Shown: positions 1 to 9,113 of the stretch, in pieces | Layout: each line of letters begins with the position of its first letter | Position numbering within the stretch: the first letter of the stretch is position 1 | From: Ruminococcus sp. | GTDB taxonomy: Bacteria; Bacillota; Clostridia; Oscillospirales; Ruminococcaceae | Direction: 5' to 3' | Assembly (NCBI GenBank): GCA_020861185.1 | Contig: JAJBSV010000007.1 | Location: 52,093 to 116,092, forward strand | Length of the DNA: 64,000 nucleotides | The notes under the pieces: generated by a model | Databases searched by the model: none | The model's input: the letters and a program-made list of their open reading frames with translations, nothing else | Told to the model about the DNA's origin: nothing | Translations under genes and position numbers: made by a program

Positions 1-1163
1 CCGAGGGCGCACTTTATAAGACCTATTCCCGCTTTCCCGTCGTGTTCGATCGGGGCGATGGCGTAAGGCTATACGACGACAAGGGTACAGAATACCTCGA
101 TTTCGGAGCCGGAATCGCCGTTATGGGTCTCGGGTATCACTATCCCGGGGTCGACGAGGCGGCGAAAGCACAGATTGACAAGCTCGTCCACACTTCGAAC
201 CTTTTTTATAACATCCCCGCAACCGAAGCGGCTGAAAAGCTGTTGAAAGCAGCAGATATGGACAGGGTATTCTTCACAAACAGCGGCACCGAAGCAATCG
301 AAGGCGCCTTAAAGATTGCGAAGCGCCACACTTATAATCGTGGACTGCCGAATGACTACGAAATTATCGCCATGGAGCACTCCTTCCACGGAAGAAGCCT
401 CGGTGCGCTTTCCGTCACCGGCAATGCCCACTATCGCGAGCCGTTCAACCCGCTGATTCCGAATATCAAATTTGCGGAATATAACAACCTCGACAGCGTC
501 AAAGCCCTTTGGAGTGACAAGACCGCCGCCGTCATCATGGAAACAATTCAGGGCGAGGGAGGAATCTATCCGGCAACCGAGGAGTTCCTCAGTGGCGTAA
601 GAGCCCTCTGCGACGAGACCGGTGCGCTTCTCATCCTTGATGAAATCCAGTGCGGCATGGCAAGAAGCGGCAACATGTTCGCATGGCAGGCTTATGGTGT
701 CAAGCCGGACGTCATGACGGTTGCAAAGGCTCTCGGAAACGGCTTCCCGATTGGTGCTTTCCTCGCTCAGGGAGAAGCCGCAAACGCGATGACCGTGGGA
801 GATCACGGCTCGACCTGCGGCGGCAATCCGCTCGTCTGCGCCGTCGCCTCGAAGGTCTTAGACATCTACAAAGAAAAAGACATCCCCGGACACGTCAAGT
901 CGGTCGGAGGATATCTCTGGAATAAGCTTGAAGAGCTCATGAACTCTTCCGATAAAATTGTCGCCCACCGCGGCAGAGGCTTGATTCAGGGTCTCGAGTT
1001 CAACGTCCCCGTCGCGGACATCGTGAAGTCTGCGCTCTTGGATGAGCACCTCGTTCTCATTTCGGCAGGAAAGAACGTAATCAGATTTGTGCCGCCGCTG
1101 ATTATCACGGAAACGGATGTGGATGAGATGGTGGAGAAATTATCTAAGGTTTTAGGCATATAA
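1..1163 (+). CDS. argD: acetylornithine aminotransferase (class III PLP aminotransferase); 5' end outside window
   Basis: The reading frame is open from base 3 (..YKTYSRFPVVFDRGDG..), so the listed GTG at 42 is internal. ArgD-like motifs: LDFGAGIAV, FTNSGTEAIEGALK, LILDEIQCGMARSG. Confidence 0.85.
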   Translation, partial: EGALYKTYSRFPVVFDRGDGVRLYDDKGTEYLDFGAGIAVMGLGYHYPGVDEAAKAQIDKLVHTSNLFYNIPATEAAEKLLKAADMDRVFFTNSGTEAIEGALKIAKRHTYNRGLPNDYEIIAMEHSFHGRSLGALSVTGNAHYREPFNPLIPNIKFAEYNNLDSVKALWSDKTAAVIMETIQGEGGIYPATEEFLSGVRALCDETGALLILDEIQCGMARSGNMFAWQAYGVKPDVMTVAKALGNGFPIGAFLAQGEAANAMTVGDHGSTCGGNPLVCAVASKVLDIYKEKDIPGHVKSVGGYLWNKLEELMNSSDKIVAHRGRGLIQGLEFNVPVADIVKSALLDEHLVLISAGKNVIRFVPPLIITETDVDEMVEKLSKVLGI

Positions 1164-1164
1164 A

Positions 1165-1236
1165 TGTAGGGGCGGATATCATCCGCCCGAACAATAGCAT
1201 ATACGAAAAAGTGGGCGGATAATATCCGCCCCTACA
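1165..1236. repeat. REP1 palindromic element, copy A (25-bp terminal inverted repeats, MITE-like)
   Basis: TGTAGGGGCGGATATCATCCGCCCG - 23 nt - GGGCGGATAATATCCGCCCCTACA. Near-identical copies lie at 41190..41260 and 62294..62366. Confidence 0.85.
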
Positions 1237-1238
1237 AG

Positions 1239-1268
1239 AAAAGCTGTCCTTACCGGACAGCTTTTTTA
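1239..1268. terminator. bidirectional intrinsic terminator between argD and the DMT gene
   Basis: Hairpin AGCTGTCC-ttacc-GGACAGCT, flanked by an A-run and a T-run. Confidence 0.7.
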
Positions 1269-1275
1269 TTACGAA

Positions 1276-2199
1276 TTATTCCGCCAGCCCCTCAGCAACC
1301 CCCATAACGAGTATACCCGCCATGACAATCGCGATGGCGATGTACTGCTTCGGGGTGAGCTTTTCTTTCAGGAAGATTCTTGAAAGGACTATCGAAACAA
1401 TGCTGTATGCCGAGATGAGAGGCGCCGCGACGATGGCGTTGCCGCTCATGGCGTAGACGTAGAAGTACTGTCCGGCGGTCTCGAAGATTGCGGCGGCAAC
1501 CTTGTCTCCCTGCTTCGGAAGGGCTATCTTCTCCTTCTTGATAACAAGAACATAGAACAGCAGAATCAGCGCGACAATCAGGAACGTCAGCATATAGGAG
1601 ATGTTCGCAACGTCCTCGATGTTCTCTTCCGTAACGTCGACGAGCGGTGTGAGCTCGATGTCGAGATAGAACGCGTCGAAGAAGGTTCCGAGTGCGTCTA
1701 AGACCGCATAGACAAGCGGGAAGATGAGCGCAACGAAGCCGCTTATGTACTTCTTGTCGGTGTCTTTGACGTCCCCGACTTCCTGCCTCTCGAGGATTCC
1801 GATGTAGACAACGCCGATTGTGACGAGTATTACCGATACTGCCGACATGAGATCCAAGCTCTGCCCGAGGAAAATGATGCAGAGAATCGTTACGACCGCT
1901 CCGGAGGAATTTTCAACCGGCGAGCAGATGGAAAGCTCGAGATAACGAAGCCCCGCATAGCCGACGACCATCGAGATTATGTACATGAGCGAGGTTGGCA
2001 GGTAGTAAATCAGGTTCAGCGGGTTATAGTCAAACCCGTTTGCCACGAGCATGATTATCGCCTGAATGCCCATGATGAGACCGACTGCGATGGCGGTCAG
2101 ATAGTGACTGTATTTTTCGGTTTCGTCCGCACCCTTCTTATAGAACAGGTCGGCGGCACCCCAGAGAAATGTCGTCAACAGCGTGAATAAAAACCACAT
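1276..2199 (-). CDS. EamA/DMT-family membrane transporter
   Basis: 307 aa and polytopic hydrophobic. The two-half architecture is typical of drug/metabolite transporters. Confidence 0.6.
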   Translation of the reverse strand: MWFLFTLLTTFLWGAADLFYKKGADETEKYSHYLTAIAVGLIMGIQAIIMLVANGFDYNPLNLIYYLPTSLMYIISMVVGYAGLRYLELSICSPVENSSGAVVTILCIIFLGQSLDLMSAVSVILVTIGVVYIGILERQEVGDVKDTDKKYISGFVALIFPLVYAVLDALGTFFDAFYLDIELTPLVDVTEENIEDVANISYMLTFLIVALILLFYVLVIKKEKIALPKQGDKVAAAIFETAGQYFYVYAMSGNAIVAAPLISAYSIVSIVLSRIFLKEKLTPKQYIAIAIVMAGILVMGVAEGLAE

Positions 2200-2282
2200 A
2201 ATGTTAATCTCCCAACTAATAATAGCTTATTCAAAGTGCAAGTTTGCACGATTTGAAAGTATATCATAGTTGGGGGAGGTTG

Positions 2283-4397
2283 TCAAGAGCCGATTTTTCT
2301 TTTTATTTTCGCCCACAGCCCGCTCTTGTGCTTTATCTCCTCCGCAAGCTGGGTCTCTTCCTGCTGAAAGATTTCCTGACAGCTTCGAGGGCTCGAATTG
2401 TCCTTGATTCGGTGATAGGTTTCGTCGGGAGCCATCACACGGGCTTTCACGTTGTCGAGCCGGAGCTCGTCTATGATGTGCAAAAGGCGTTTGCGGGTTT
2501 CCTTGTCGGTAACGGGGCAGGCGACTTCGACTCGCCTTTCCGTATTCCTCGTCATAAAGTCCGCCGAGGCGATATAGAGCTTCGCGTCGTTGCCTCTGCC
2601 GAAGCAGTAGATTCTTGAGTGCTCGAGGTATCTTCCGACAATCGAGAAGACTTTGATATTGTCCGTCAAGCCTTCAATGCCCGGGAGGAGGCAACAGATG
2701 CCCCGGATATTCATGACAACCTCGACTCCCGACTGAGATGCCTCGGCGAGCTTGTCGATAATCTCCCGGTCGGTGAGGGAGTTGAGCTTCAGGAAGATAT
2801 AGCCGTCCGACTTCTTTTTAATCTCTTCGTCGATAAGCTCGATAACCCGCTCCTTAAGGCTGAAAGGCGATACAAGAAGATGCTGATACTTTCCATCTAA
2901 ATTGGCGGTCGCCATGTTCTGGAAGAGCAAAGCCGCATCCTCGCCGATTTCCTGATTGGCGGTCATGAGACTGAGGTCGGTATACTGCTTCGCGGTCTTC
3001 TCGTTATAGTTTCCGGTGCCAATCTGGGTGATGTATCTGACGTTCCCGCCGCCACGGCGGCTATGCTCCCTCTTCGTGATGAGGCATATCTTCGAATGAA
3101 CCTTGATGCCCTCGAAGCCGTAGAGGATGGTGCATCCTGCCTCCTTGAGACGCTCCGCCCAATAGATGTTGTTCTGCTCGTCAAAGCGGGCTCTCAGCTC
3201 CATCAGAACGACGACGTGCTTGCCGTTTTCCGCGGCGGCACAGAGATATTCGACGAGCCTTGCCCCTGCGGTGAGGCGGTAGATGGTAATCTTGATTGAA
3301 AGCACGCTCGGGTCGACCGAAGCCTCCGCAATCATCCTAAGAAACGGCTCCATCGACTCGTAGGGATAGAACATCAGGACGTCCTGCTTTTCGATTTGCG
3401 GGATAATCTTCTCGCTTTTGTTGAGATAGGGCGTGAAGTGTGGCTTGTAGACGGGGTCGCAAAGGGTCGCAACGCTTTCTTTCGGCAACAAGTCGCTGAG
3501 TGAGAATAAATAATCAAGATGAATCGGGCACTTTGTCGTGAAGACCTGCTCACGGCTGAGTGAAAGCGTCCTGCAAAGCGTCGTGATGAGCTTTTCGCTG
3601 AGAGTCCCCTCGATTTCGAGACGGACGGGCGCCAGACGGCGACGCTTTTTCACTATCTTCTGCATAAGCCGCCTGAAATCGGTCTCGACGTCGTATGCCT
3701 CGTCTTCGGGCGAGATGTCGGCATTACGGGTCACGGAAATGATTGCTTTCTCGGTGATTTCATACTCTGGGAAGACAAGGCTTGCGAACTCGCAGAGAAT
3801 GTCCTCCGTCAGAATGAAGTGCACGCCTCTTTCGTCAAGCCTTACGAACTTCGGAAGCTCATTCGGCACCGGAAGTATCCCGATGAGCTCCTGACCGTCC
3901 CGCTTGAGGGACAGGATTATATTGAGCCCCTTGTTCGGCAGATGCGGGAAGGGGTTGTGCATGTCGACAATCTGCGGCGAAAGAATCGGTCGGGCTTCGT
4001 CCTCGAACCATAGCGTAACCTGCTTTTTCGCCTTCTCGCTAAGGTCTCCGTAGGAAAATCTGCATATGTTGCACGCCCGGCAGAGGGATTCGAGCTCCGC
4101 CATTACTTTATCTCTTTTTTTGTATAGTGGTATCAGCGCCTTGAATATCGCCGAGAGCTGTTCCGAGGGCGTTTTGCCGGTCTTGTTGTCGATGTGCTCT
4201 TCTTTTAGTAAGCTCATATCGTGAAGTGACCCGACGCGAACCATGAAGAATTCATCCAGGTTGGAAGTGAAAATCGCCGCGAACTTGAGCCGCTCCATCA
4301 GCGGCACGCTCTCGTCCTTCGCCTCCTCGAGAACTCTTTCATTGAACCGAAGCCAGCTTAATTCTCTATCTTGAGTATACCTCAAATCCTTATCCAT
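2283..4397 (-). CDS. ppk: polyphosphate kinase 1
   Basis: DRELSWLRFNERVLEEA, FTSNLDEFFMVRV, and two PLD-like C-domains (KVHSKICLI, LEHSRIYCF). The ATG at 4397 has a GGGGAAGGG RBS; the listed start at 4415 is a TTG. Confidence 0.9.
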   Translation of the reverse strand: MDKDLRYTQDRELSWLRFNERVLEEAKDESVPLMERLKFAAIFTSNLDEFFMVRVGSLHDMSLLKEEHIDNKTGKTPSEQLSAIFKALIPLYKKRDKVMAELESLCRACNICRFSYGDLSEKAKKQVTLWFEDEARPILSPQIVDMHNPFPHLPNKGLNIILSLKRDGQELIGILPVPNELPKFVRLDERGVHFILTEDILCEFASLVFPEYEITEKAIISVTRNADISPEDEAYDVETDFRRLMQKIVKKRRRLAPVRLEIEGTLSEKLITTLCRTLSLSREQVFTTKCPIHLDYLFSLSDLLPKESVATLCDPVYKPHFTPYLNKSEKIIPQIEKQDVLMFYPYESMEPFLRMIAEASVDPSVLSIKITIYRLTAGARLVEYLCAAAENGKHVVVLMELRARFDEQNNIYWAERLKEAGCTILYGFEGIKVHSKICLITKREHSRRGGGNVRYITQIGTGNYNEKTAKQYTDLSLMTANQEIGEDAALLFQNMATANLDGKYQHLLVSPFSLKERVIELIDEEIKKKSDGYIFLKLNSLTDREIIDKLAEASQSGVEVVMNIRGICCLLPGIEGLTDNIKVFSIVGRYLEHSRIYCFGRGNDAKLYIASADFMTRNTERRVEVACPVTDKETRKRLLHIIDELRLDNVKARVMAPDETYHRIKDNSSPRSCQEIFQQEETQLAEEIKHKSGLWAKIKRKIGS

Positions 4398-4398
4398 T

Positions 4399-5301
4399 TC
4401 AATACCCTTCCCCAATTACGTTTTTAATCAAGTAGCCCTCGCGAACTCCGCACATGCTCACGGTTATCTCCTCGGCGTTCAGTGCCTTCGAGACAGTCTC
4501 AAGGACGATGAGCCCGGGGATGATGGTGTGGATTCTGTCGGGGACGATTTTTAAAAGCTCGTGGACATTGTCGCTGTCCTGCTTCCTGATACGCTTCAGG
4601 AGCATTTTGAGCTCTTCAACCGAGATTATGTTGTAGTCGTCCGAGCGGCAGAAGAAGTGGTTTGCAACCTGTGAAGCCGCCCGAACCGTCCCGCCGACCC
4701 CGCAGATGTGGGCGGCAGGGCTGAGGTCGACGCCGTTTTTCTCGAGTTGCTCCTCCACCTCTTTGCGAATCTTCTTTCGCTCATCCTCCGTCGGATAGAA
4801 GCCCTTGACATAGCAGTTGAAGAGGTTCAGGCTTCCGATAGGCAGACTGTAGGTCGAGAGAATTTTTCCGTCCTCGTAACGTAAAATTTCGGTCGAGCCG
4901 CCGCCGAGGTCAATCATGACGCCCTTTTTGTGCGTAATCCCGAGGGTAGCTCCCGTAAAACTGAGAACCGCCTCTTCCTCTCCCGAAATAACATTGACCG
5001 GAATCCCCGTCTCTTCAAGTATACCTGCGACGACCTCCTCGGTATTCGAGATGTTCCGAAGCGGAGCCGTTGCGAAAACGTGCATGTCCCTGATGTCAAG
5101 GTTGTCAAGAAGCCTCTTGTACTCGGTCAGAGTCTTGCAGATAATCCTGATGCCCTCCGAAGGAAGCCTCCCCGACTTGATATAGCTCGCAATTCCCGCC
5201 ATAGTCTTTCTGTGCATGAGAAGCCGGTTCTCGCCGCCCTCACACTTATAAACCGACAGCCGTATGGTGTTCGACCCGATGTCAACAATTCCGCAAATCA
5301 T
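4399..5301 (-). CDS. ppx: Ppx/GppA-family exopolyphosphatase
   Basis: N-terminal DIGSNTIRL and DLGGGSTE ASKHA phosphatase motifs. Adjacent to ppk. Confidence 0.8.
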   Translation of the reverse strand: MICGIVDIGSNTIRLSVYKCEGGENRLLMHRKTMAGIASYIKSGRLPSEGIRIICKTLTEYKRLLDNLDIRDMHVFATAPLRNISNTEEVVAGILEETGIPVNVISGEEEAVLSFTGATLGITHKKGVMIDLGGGSTEILRYEDGKILSTYSLPIGSLNLFNCYVKGFYPTEDERKKIRKEVEEQLEKNGVDLSPAAHICGVGGTVRAASQVANHFFCRSDDYNIISVEELKMLLKRIRKQDSDNVHELLKIVPDRIHTIIPGLIVLETVSKALNAEEITVSMCGVREGYLIKNVIGEGY

Positions 5302-5462
5302 TGCCGCATTCCCCCATCTTTATATTTTAATCATATTCGGGATTATTATAAGCAATGATGTGTAAAGTTTGATAGCACGGAAGGGTTAAATTTGCGTAAA
5401 GGGAATCCCTTTCGGCGGGGAATATTACCCTCGGTATACCCTCATTCACCCAAATAAAGAAT

Positions 5463-5635
5463 GTTGAAAACTCTGTGAGTTTGTTGAAAAGAAAAGCCCG
5501 AAATCAAGGGGTTCTCAACATTTTCAACCGAGTTTTCAACAAAAATTCAAAGAATACCGATTGTAAATGAAAAAATATGGCACCAAACCTCGAAAAAGCT
5601 CGAATAATTTTCGGAGAAGATTATAGGTTTTCAAC
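5463..5635. repeat. cluster of five GTTGAAAA / TTTTCAAC octamers in a 400-bp non-coding gap
   Basis: GTTGAAAA at 5463 and 5483. The reverse complement TTTTCAAC at 5521, 5533 and 5628. Confidence 0.6.
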
Positions 5636-5659
5636 CCGGGATTTTTTGCGGTTTTGACG

Positions 5660-5698
5660 AAAAAGAATGCCCCGGGTTCTGTTTGTCTGAACTCGGGG
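5660..5698 (-). terminator. intrinsic terminator after the AAA ATPase gene
   Basis: Minus strand: CCCCGAGTTC-loop-GAACCCGGGG followed by cattcttttt. Confidence 0.65.
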
Positions 5699-5704
5699 CT
5701 GTGA

Positions 5705-7057
5705 TTATTTGATTATCAGATTCTCCGTGCCTGCTCCTGTGCCCAGAAACATCACAAAGTAAATCGGAAGGTAAGTTATCTTGCCTTTTGCTGTGATTTT
5801 CCGTTCGTTCGACAGGACATATGCCTTTTTGATGTGATAATCTTCGTTCGATACGAAGGTGCTCAGGGCACTGTGGACAGTGTAATCCTTGCCCGATTTG
5901 ACCCCGATGGGAACAGCAGACAGACTTTCATAATCGTCGATGAGATAGTCAACCTCGCCCTTGTCCCTGTTATCGTAATAGTAAAGCGTGTGCCCATGTG
6001 CCAGAAGCTCACTTGCAACGACGGTTTCGTAAACGGAACCAAGATTAACGGAACACTCTTCGTCCATAATGGCACGCATATTGTTGCCGTAGAGGATTCC
6101 CGACAGAATACCGACATCATTGAGATAAAGCTTGAGAAGGTTCTTCCCCTGAGACTGCGAAAGCGGGAACTGCGGATTTGAGATAGCCTGAACATTCAGA
6201 GCAATTCCGGCACCGATAAGGTATTCAAATTCATCCCGGTAATCAATGAAGGTCTTGCCTTTTTTGCCTTCGATATTCTTTGCCACAACCCGTTTCTTCT
6301 TGTTCTCCATATTCGAGGGAATCATGTCGTAGACTCTGCGGATTTTGAGCTTGTTTTCAGAATCATACTTCGAGGCGTCTGCGGCGTAATAATCGTGAAT
6401 CTCCGCCTGGATCTCCCTGACCCGCTGAATATTCCTCGTCTCCAGGAACACATTCACAGCATCAGGAAGTCCTCCGACGAGAAGATATTTTCGGAATAAG
6501 TCCATCATCCTGTCGTGCATTGTCTCGTCAAGAGCTTCGCTTTTCAGAAATCTGCTTTGGAGTGCGGAAATCGCCGCCTCATTCATCCCATTGGCATAGA
6601 GGAACTCTTCAAAATCGAGTGGATACATCCGCACTTTTCTGATGCTCCCCATCGGAATCGAGGTTGTCTGTGACAATGTCACTCCCAAGAGCGAACCGCT
6701 TGCGATAAAGGTGTATTTTCCGTCCTGCGATAAAAACTTGAGCAATGTCAAAAGCTGCGGATAAACCTGAATCTCGTCGATAAAGATAAGGGTATTCTCT
6801 CTTTCGTGCATCTTATCTCCTGCGGACATACTGAGCCGAAGATAAAAATCCTCAACCGTCTTCGTCCCGGCAAACAGTCGCTCGCCGAGGGAATCCTCGA
6901 CCATATTGATTTCAATAAAGTTTTCAAACAACCTTTGCCCGACATGCCGGATAATATAGGTCTTCCCGACCTGACGCGCACCGTCGATGAGAAGAATCTT
7001 CCCGGAATCTCCAAGCAAATGCTCCTCAATCAAGCTTTCAATTTTACGATAGAGCAT
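5705..7057 (-). CDS. AAA-family ATPase (AAA_14 + DUF4143 architecture)
   Basis: Walker A GARQVGKT, Walker B LIFIDEIQ. The ATG at 7057 has a GGGAGG RBS. Confidence 0.75.
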   Translation of the reverse strand: MLYRKIESLIEEHLLGDSGKILLIDGARQVGKTYIIRHVGQRLFENFIEINMVEDSLGERLFAGTKTVEDFYLRLSMSAGDKMHERENTLIFIDEIQVYPQLLTLLKFLSQDGKYTFIASGSLLGVTLSQTTSIPMGSIRKVRMYPLDFEEFLYANGMNEAAISALQSRFLKSEALDETMHDRMMDLFRKYLLVGGLPDAVNVFLETRNIQRVREIQAEIHDYYAADASKYDSENKLKIRRVYDMIPSNMENKKKRVVAKNIEGKKGKTFIDYRDEFEYLIGAGIALNVQAISNPQFPLSQSQGKNLLKLYLNDVGILSGILYGNNMRAIMDEECSVNLGSVYETVVASELLAHGHTLYYYDNRDKGEVDYLIDDYESLSAVPIGVKSGKDYTVHSALSTFVSNEDYHIKKAYVLSNERKITAKGKITYLPIYFVMFLGTGAGTENLIIK

Positions 7058-7082
7058 AAATCCGCCTCCCAAAGTTCAAAAA

Positions 7083-7193
7083 TGACTTTTCAATAGTATT
7101 ATACCCCATTTTTTCTGACTTTTCAATACTTTCAGAGGCTATTTTTTCTGACTTTTCAATATATTTTCGTCTCGAAAATCATGACTTTTCAAA
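7083..7193. repeat. four copies of TGACTTTTCAA(T/A) at exact 33-bp spacing (iteron/operator-like)
   Basis: Copies start at 7083, 7116, 7149 and 7182. The intervening 21 nt are not conserved. The array lies directly upstream of the AAA ATPase start. Confidence 0.85.
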
Positions 7194-7257
7194 TTTGCCT
7201 GTTTTGTATTGTTTTTACATACAAAAATCCCCGCTCAACACGGGGATTTCGTTTTTA

Positions 7258-7530
7258 TTATCTCGTCGCCAACCAATCATGCGCCAGATCAATCGCCTCG
7301 AAGAGGCTCTTTTTCTCAGTCGTCTTGGTTATGCGCTCCATGACGGGGACGTTCTCGTCGGTCAGCATTCTGTAAACCCTGACCTTCGTCGCGACGTCGA
7401 CGTCGCCCTGCTTCTCGGAAGCGGCTATCTGCATATAGACAACTTCCTTGTCTCCCATGCTCCCGTAGTAGAGCTCGTTGCCCTTGCGGACAAGAGGCAT
7501 GCCCTTATATTCAAAAAACTGTTCTGCCAT
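7258..7530 (-). CDS. hypothetical small protein (90 aa)
   Basis: Clean ORF with coding-like composition. I recognise no family. Confidence 0.5.
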   Translation of the reverse strand: MAEQFFEYKGMPLVRKGNELYYGSMGDKEVVYMQIAASEKQGDVDVATKVRVYRMLTDENVPVMERITKTTEKKSLFEAIDLAHDWLATR

Positions 7531-7571
7531 AACATTCCGTTCCTTTCTTCAAAATGTAGTGCAAGGCACTC

Positions 7572-7627
7572 AAAGCCTCCCCTGAAAGGGGAGGGGGACC
7601 GCCGGCGAAGTCGGTGGTGGAGGGGTT
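7572..7627 (-). repeat. REP2 double-hairpin element (sub-type a, inverted)
   Basis: AAAGCCTCCCCTGAAAGGGGAGGGGGACCGCCGGCGAAGTCGGTGGTGGAGGGGTT. It overlaps the stop codon of the DUF4340 gene. Confidence 0.8.
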
Positions 7628-9113
7628 ACCACGCCATCAGTATATCATCACTGGTTCCGCCGTTTATAAACGTCTCCAAGTTCGTCTTAAGCGTCTGGAT
7701 ATAGCTTATCGGCTGACTGAATGAGGTGGTGCCGTTCATTTTTATCGTGACGCGGTTGTTGCCGTCGTCGTAGAACTCGAGGACATCTCCGCCCGTCTCG
7801 GTGATAATCTCCATCTTGCAGACAAGTTCAGAATCTTCGTCGGGGTCCTCAAGACAGAGGTCGTCAATCGGACACTTCAAGATAAACTGATAGAGCACTT
7901 TAAAAGTATCAATATCGACAAACTCGTTGTTATAGGTCGCAACGAGATAGTCTTCATCCTCGTCGGCGGTCACGTCGAAGTAGTAATCGGTGGTCTCGCC
8001 GTCCTCGTAGAATTCGATGTTGATATAGTCGACTCTGTAGATGTAGTTCGAGGTCATCAGGCTCGACATAATGTCAACCGGCATGAAGGTCGTCCACGGG
8101 AGGTCGTCAACCGCGAAGGTATAGACGCAGTCGATTCCCTCATAGTAGCCGTAGTAGTAAGCCGGCTCACTGGTGTCGTTGCCCGAGTCATCGGTTGCAT
8201 ATGACGCCACGTTTCCGATTATCAGTGAATAGGTCTGGAGCTCCGCCTCGATATAGACGGTGCAGAACGGGTCGTCAAGCCCGTAATACTCCCAGTCCTC
8301 CTCGGTCGGGAAGGGGCAGACAGCGTCCGAAGCAGTCAGTCCCCAGAGTCCATAGATAACGTCGTTTGAGTTCGTTATATCAAGATATGCGTAAACCGGC
8401 GAGGTCATGACCTGCGAGGAAGCCATCGAGACTTCGTCCGTCGCATAGTTCTTGGTGTCGTCCTCGAAGGTGATGTCATAGTCGAGGTCCTTCCTCGTGA
8501 CTATCATATAGTCGATGGTCGGCGAGGTGCTAGTCGAGGTGAGCTCACTGAGGATTATAAGGCTGATGAAGTCCTCTTTTGCATAGTAGAAGTATCTCGA
8601 GGAGTTCGAGAGAACGGTGTAGACGTCATTCGAGTCGCCCATTCTTACATAGACGGTCGAGCTGGTCGAGTCGGCAGAGTCGATTCCGTAATAAACAGTG
8701 TACTCTGTGCCGTCGTTTAGGGTTACAACTACCTTTGCGGTCGGGTCGTCCTCGGAAAGCCCGTATTTCGCAAGGTCTTCGGCGTTCTCTTCAACCAAGG
8801 ACTGAGCCGTTATCGAGGAGATGCAGTTTCCCGCCGCCGCAAGGGTGGTGGAGTTCTGATTGAGTCCTTCAAGCTCGTCTATTGTGAAGGTTCCGTCGTC
8901 CTGGGTGACGGTGTATTCTCCGTATTCGTTCGAGATGACCATCGTCGCGATGTCGTCGCGGCTTCCGCTGTAGACATAAGTCGTCGTGTCCTCGGTTGTA
9001 TCGTCGGTCGAAATGCTGACGTCAACCTGAGTGAGGAGAAGTATTCCCAGAACAACAAGCAGGCAGAGTACGAAAACAGCAACGACTATAAGGCTTCTTT
9101 TCTTTGAGGTCAT
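7626..9113 (-). CDS. DUF4340-like membrane-anchored protein
   Basis: N-terminal TM segment and an acidic T/Y-rich ectodomain. The ATG overlaps the GldG stop (TAATG). The position after a GldG-like gene is the typical context. Confidence 0.55.
   Translation of the reverse strand: MTSKKRSLIVVAVFVLCLLVVLGILLLTQVDVSISTDDTTEDTTTYVYSGSRDDIATMVISNEYGEYTVTQDDGTFTIDELEGLNQNSTTLAAAGNCISSITAQSLVEENAEDLAKYGLSEDDPTAKVVVTLNDGTEYTVYYGIDSADSTSSTVYVRMGDSNDVYTVLSNSSRYFYYAKEDFISLIILSELTSTSTSPTIDYMIVTRKDLDYDITFEDDTKNYATDEVSMASSQVMTSPVYAYLDITNSNDVIYGLWGLTASDAVCPFPTEEDWEYYGLDDPFCTVYIEAELQTYSLIIGNVASYATDDSGNDTSEPAYYYGYYEGIDCVYTFAVDDLPWTTFMPVDIMSSLMTSNYIYRVDYINIEFYEDGETTDYYFDVTADEDEDYLVATYNNEFVDIDTFKVLYQFILKCPIDDLCLEDPDEDSELVCKMEIITETGGDVLEFYDDGNNRVTIKMNGTTSFSQPISYIQTLKTNLETFINGGTSDDILMAW

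Noticed and set aside
7083-7193. 33-bp periodic repeats considered as a mini-CRISPR or a coding tandem repeat
   Set aside because: The repeat core is only 12 nt, there are four copies, it is AT-rich promoter-region DNA, and no consistent reading frame is present.
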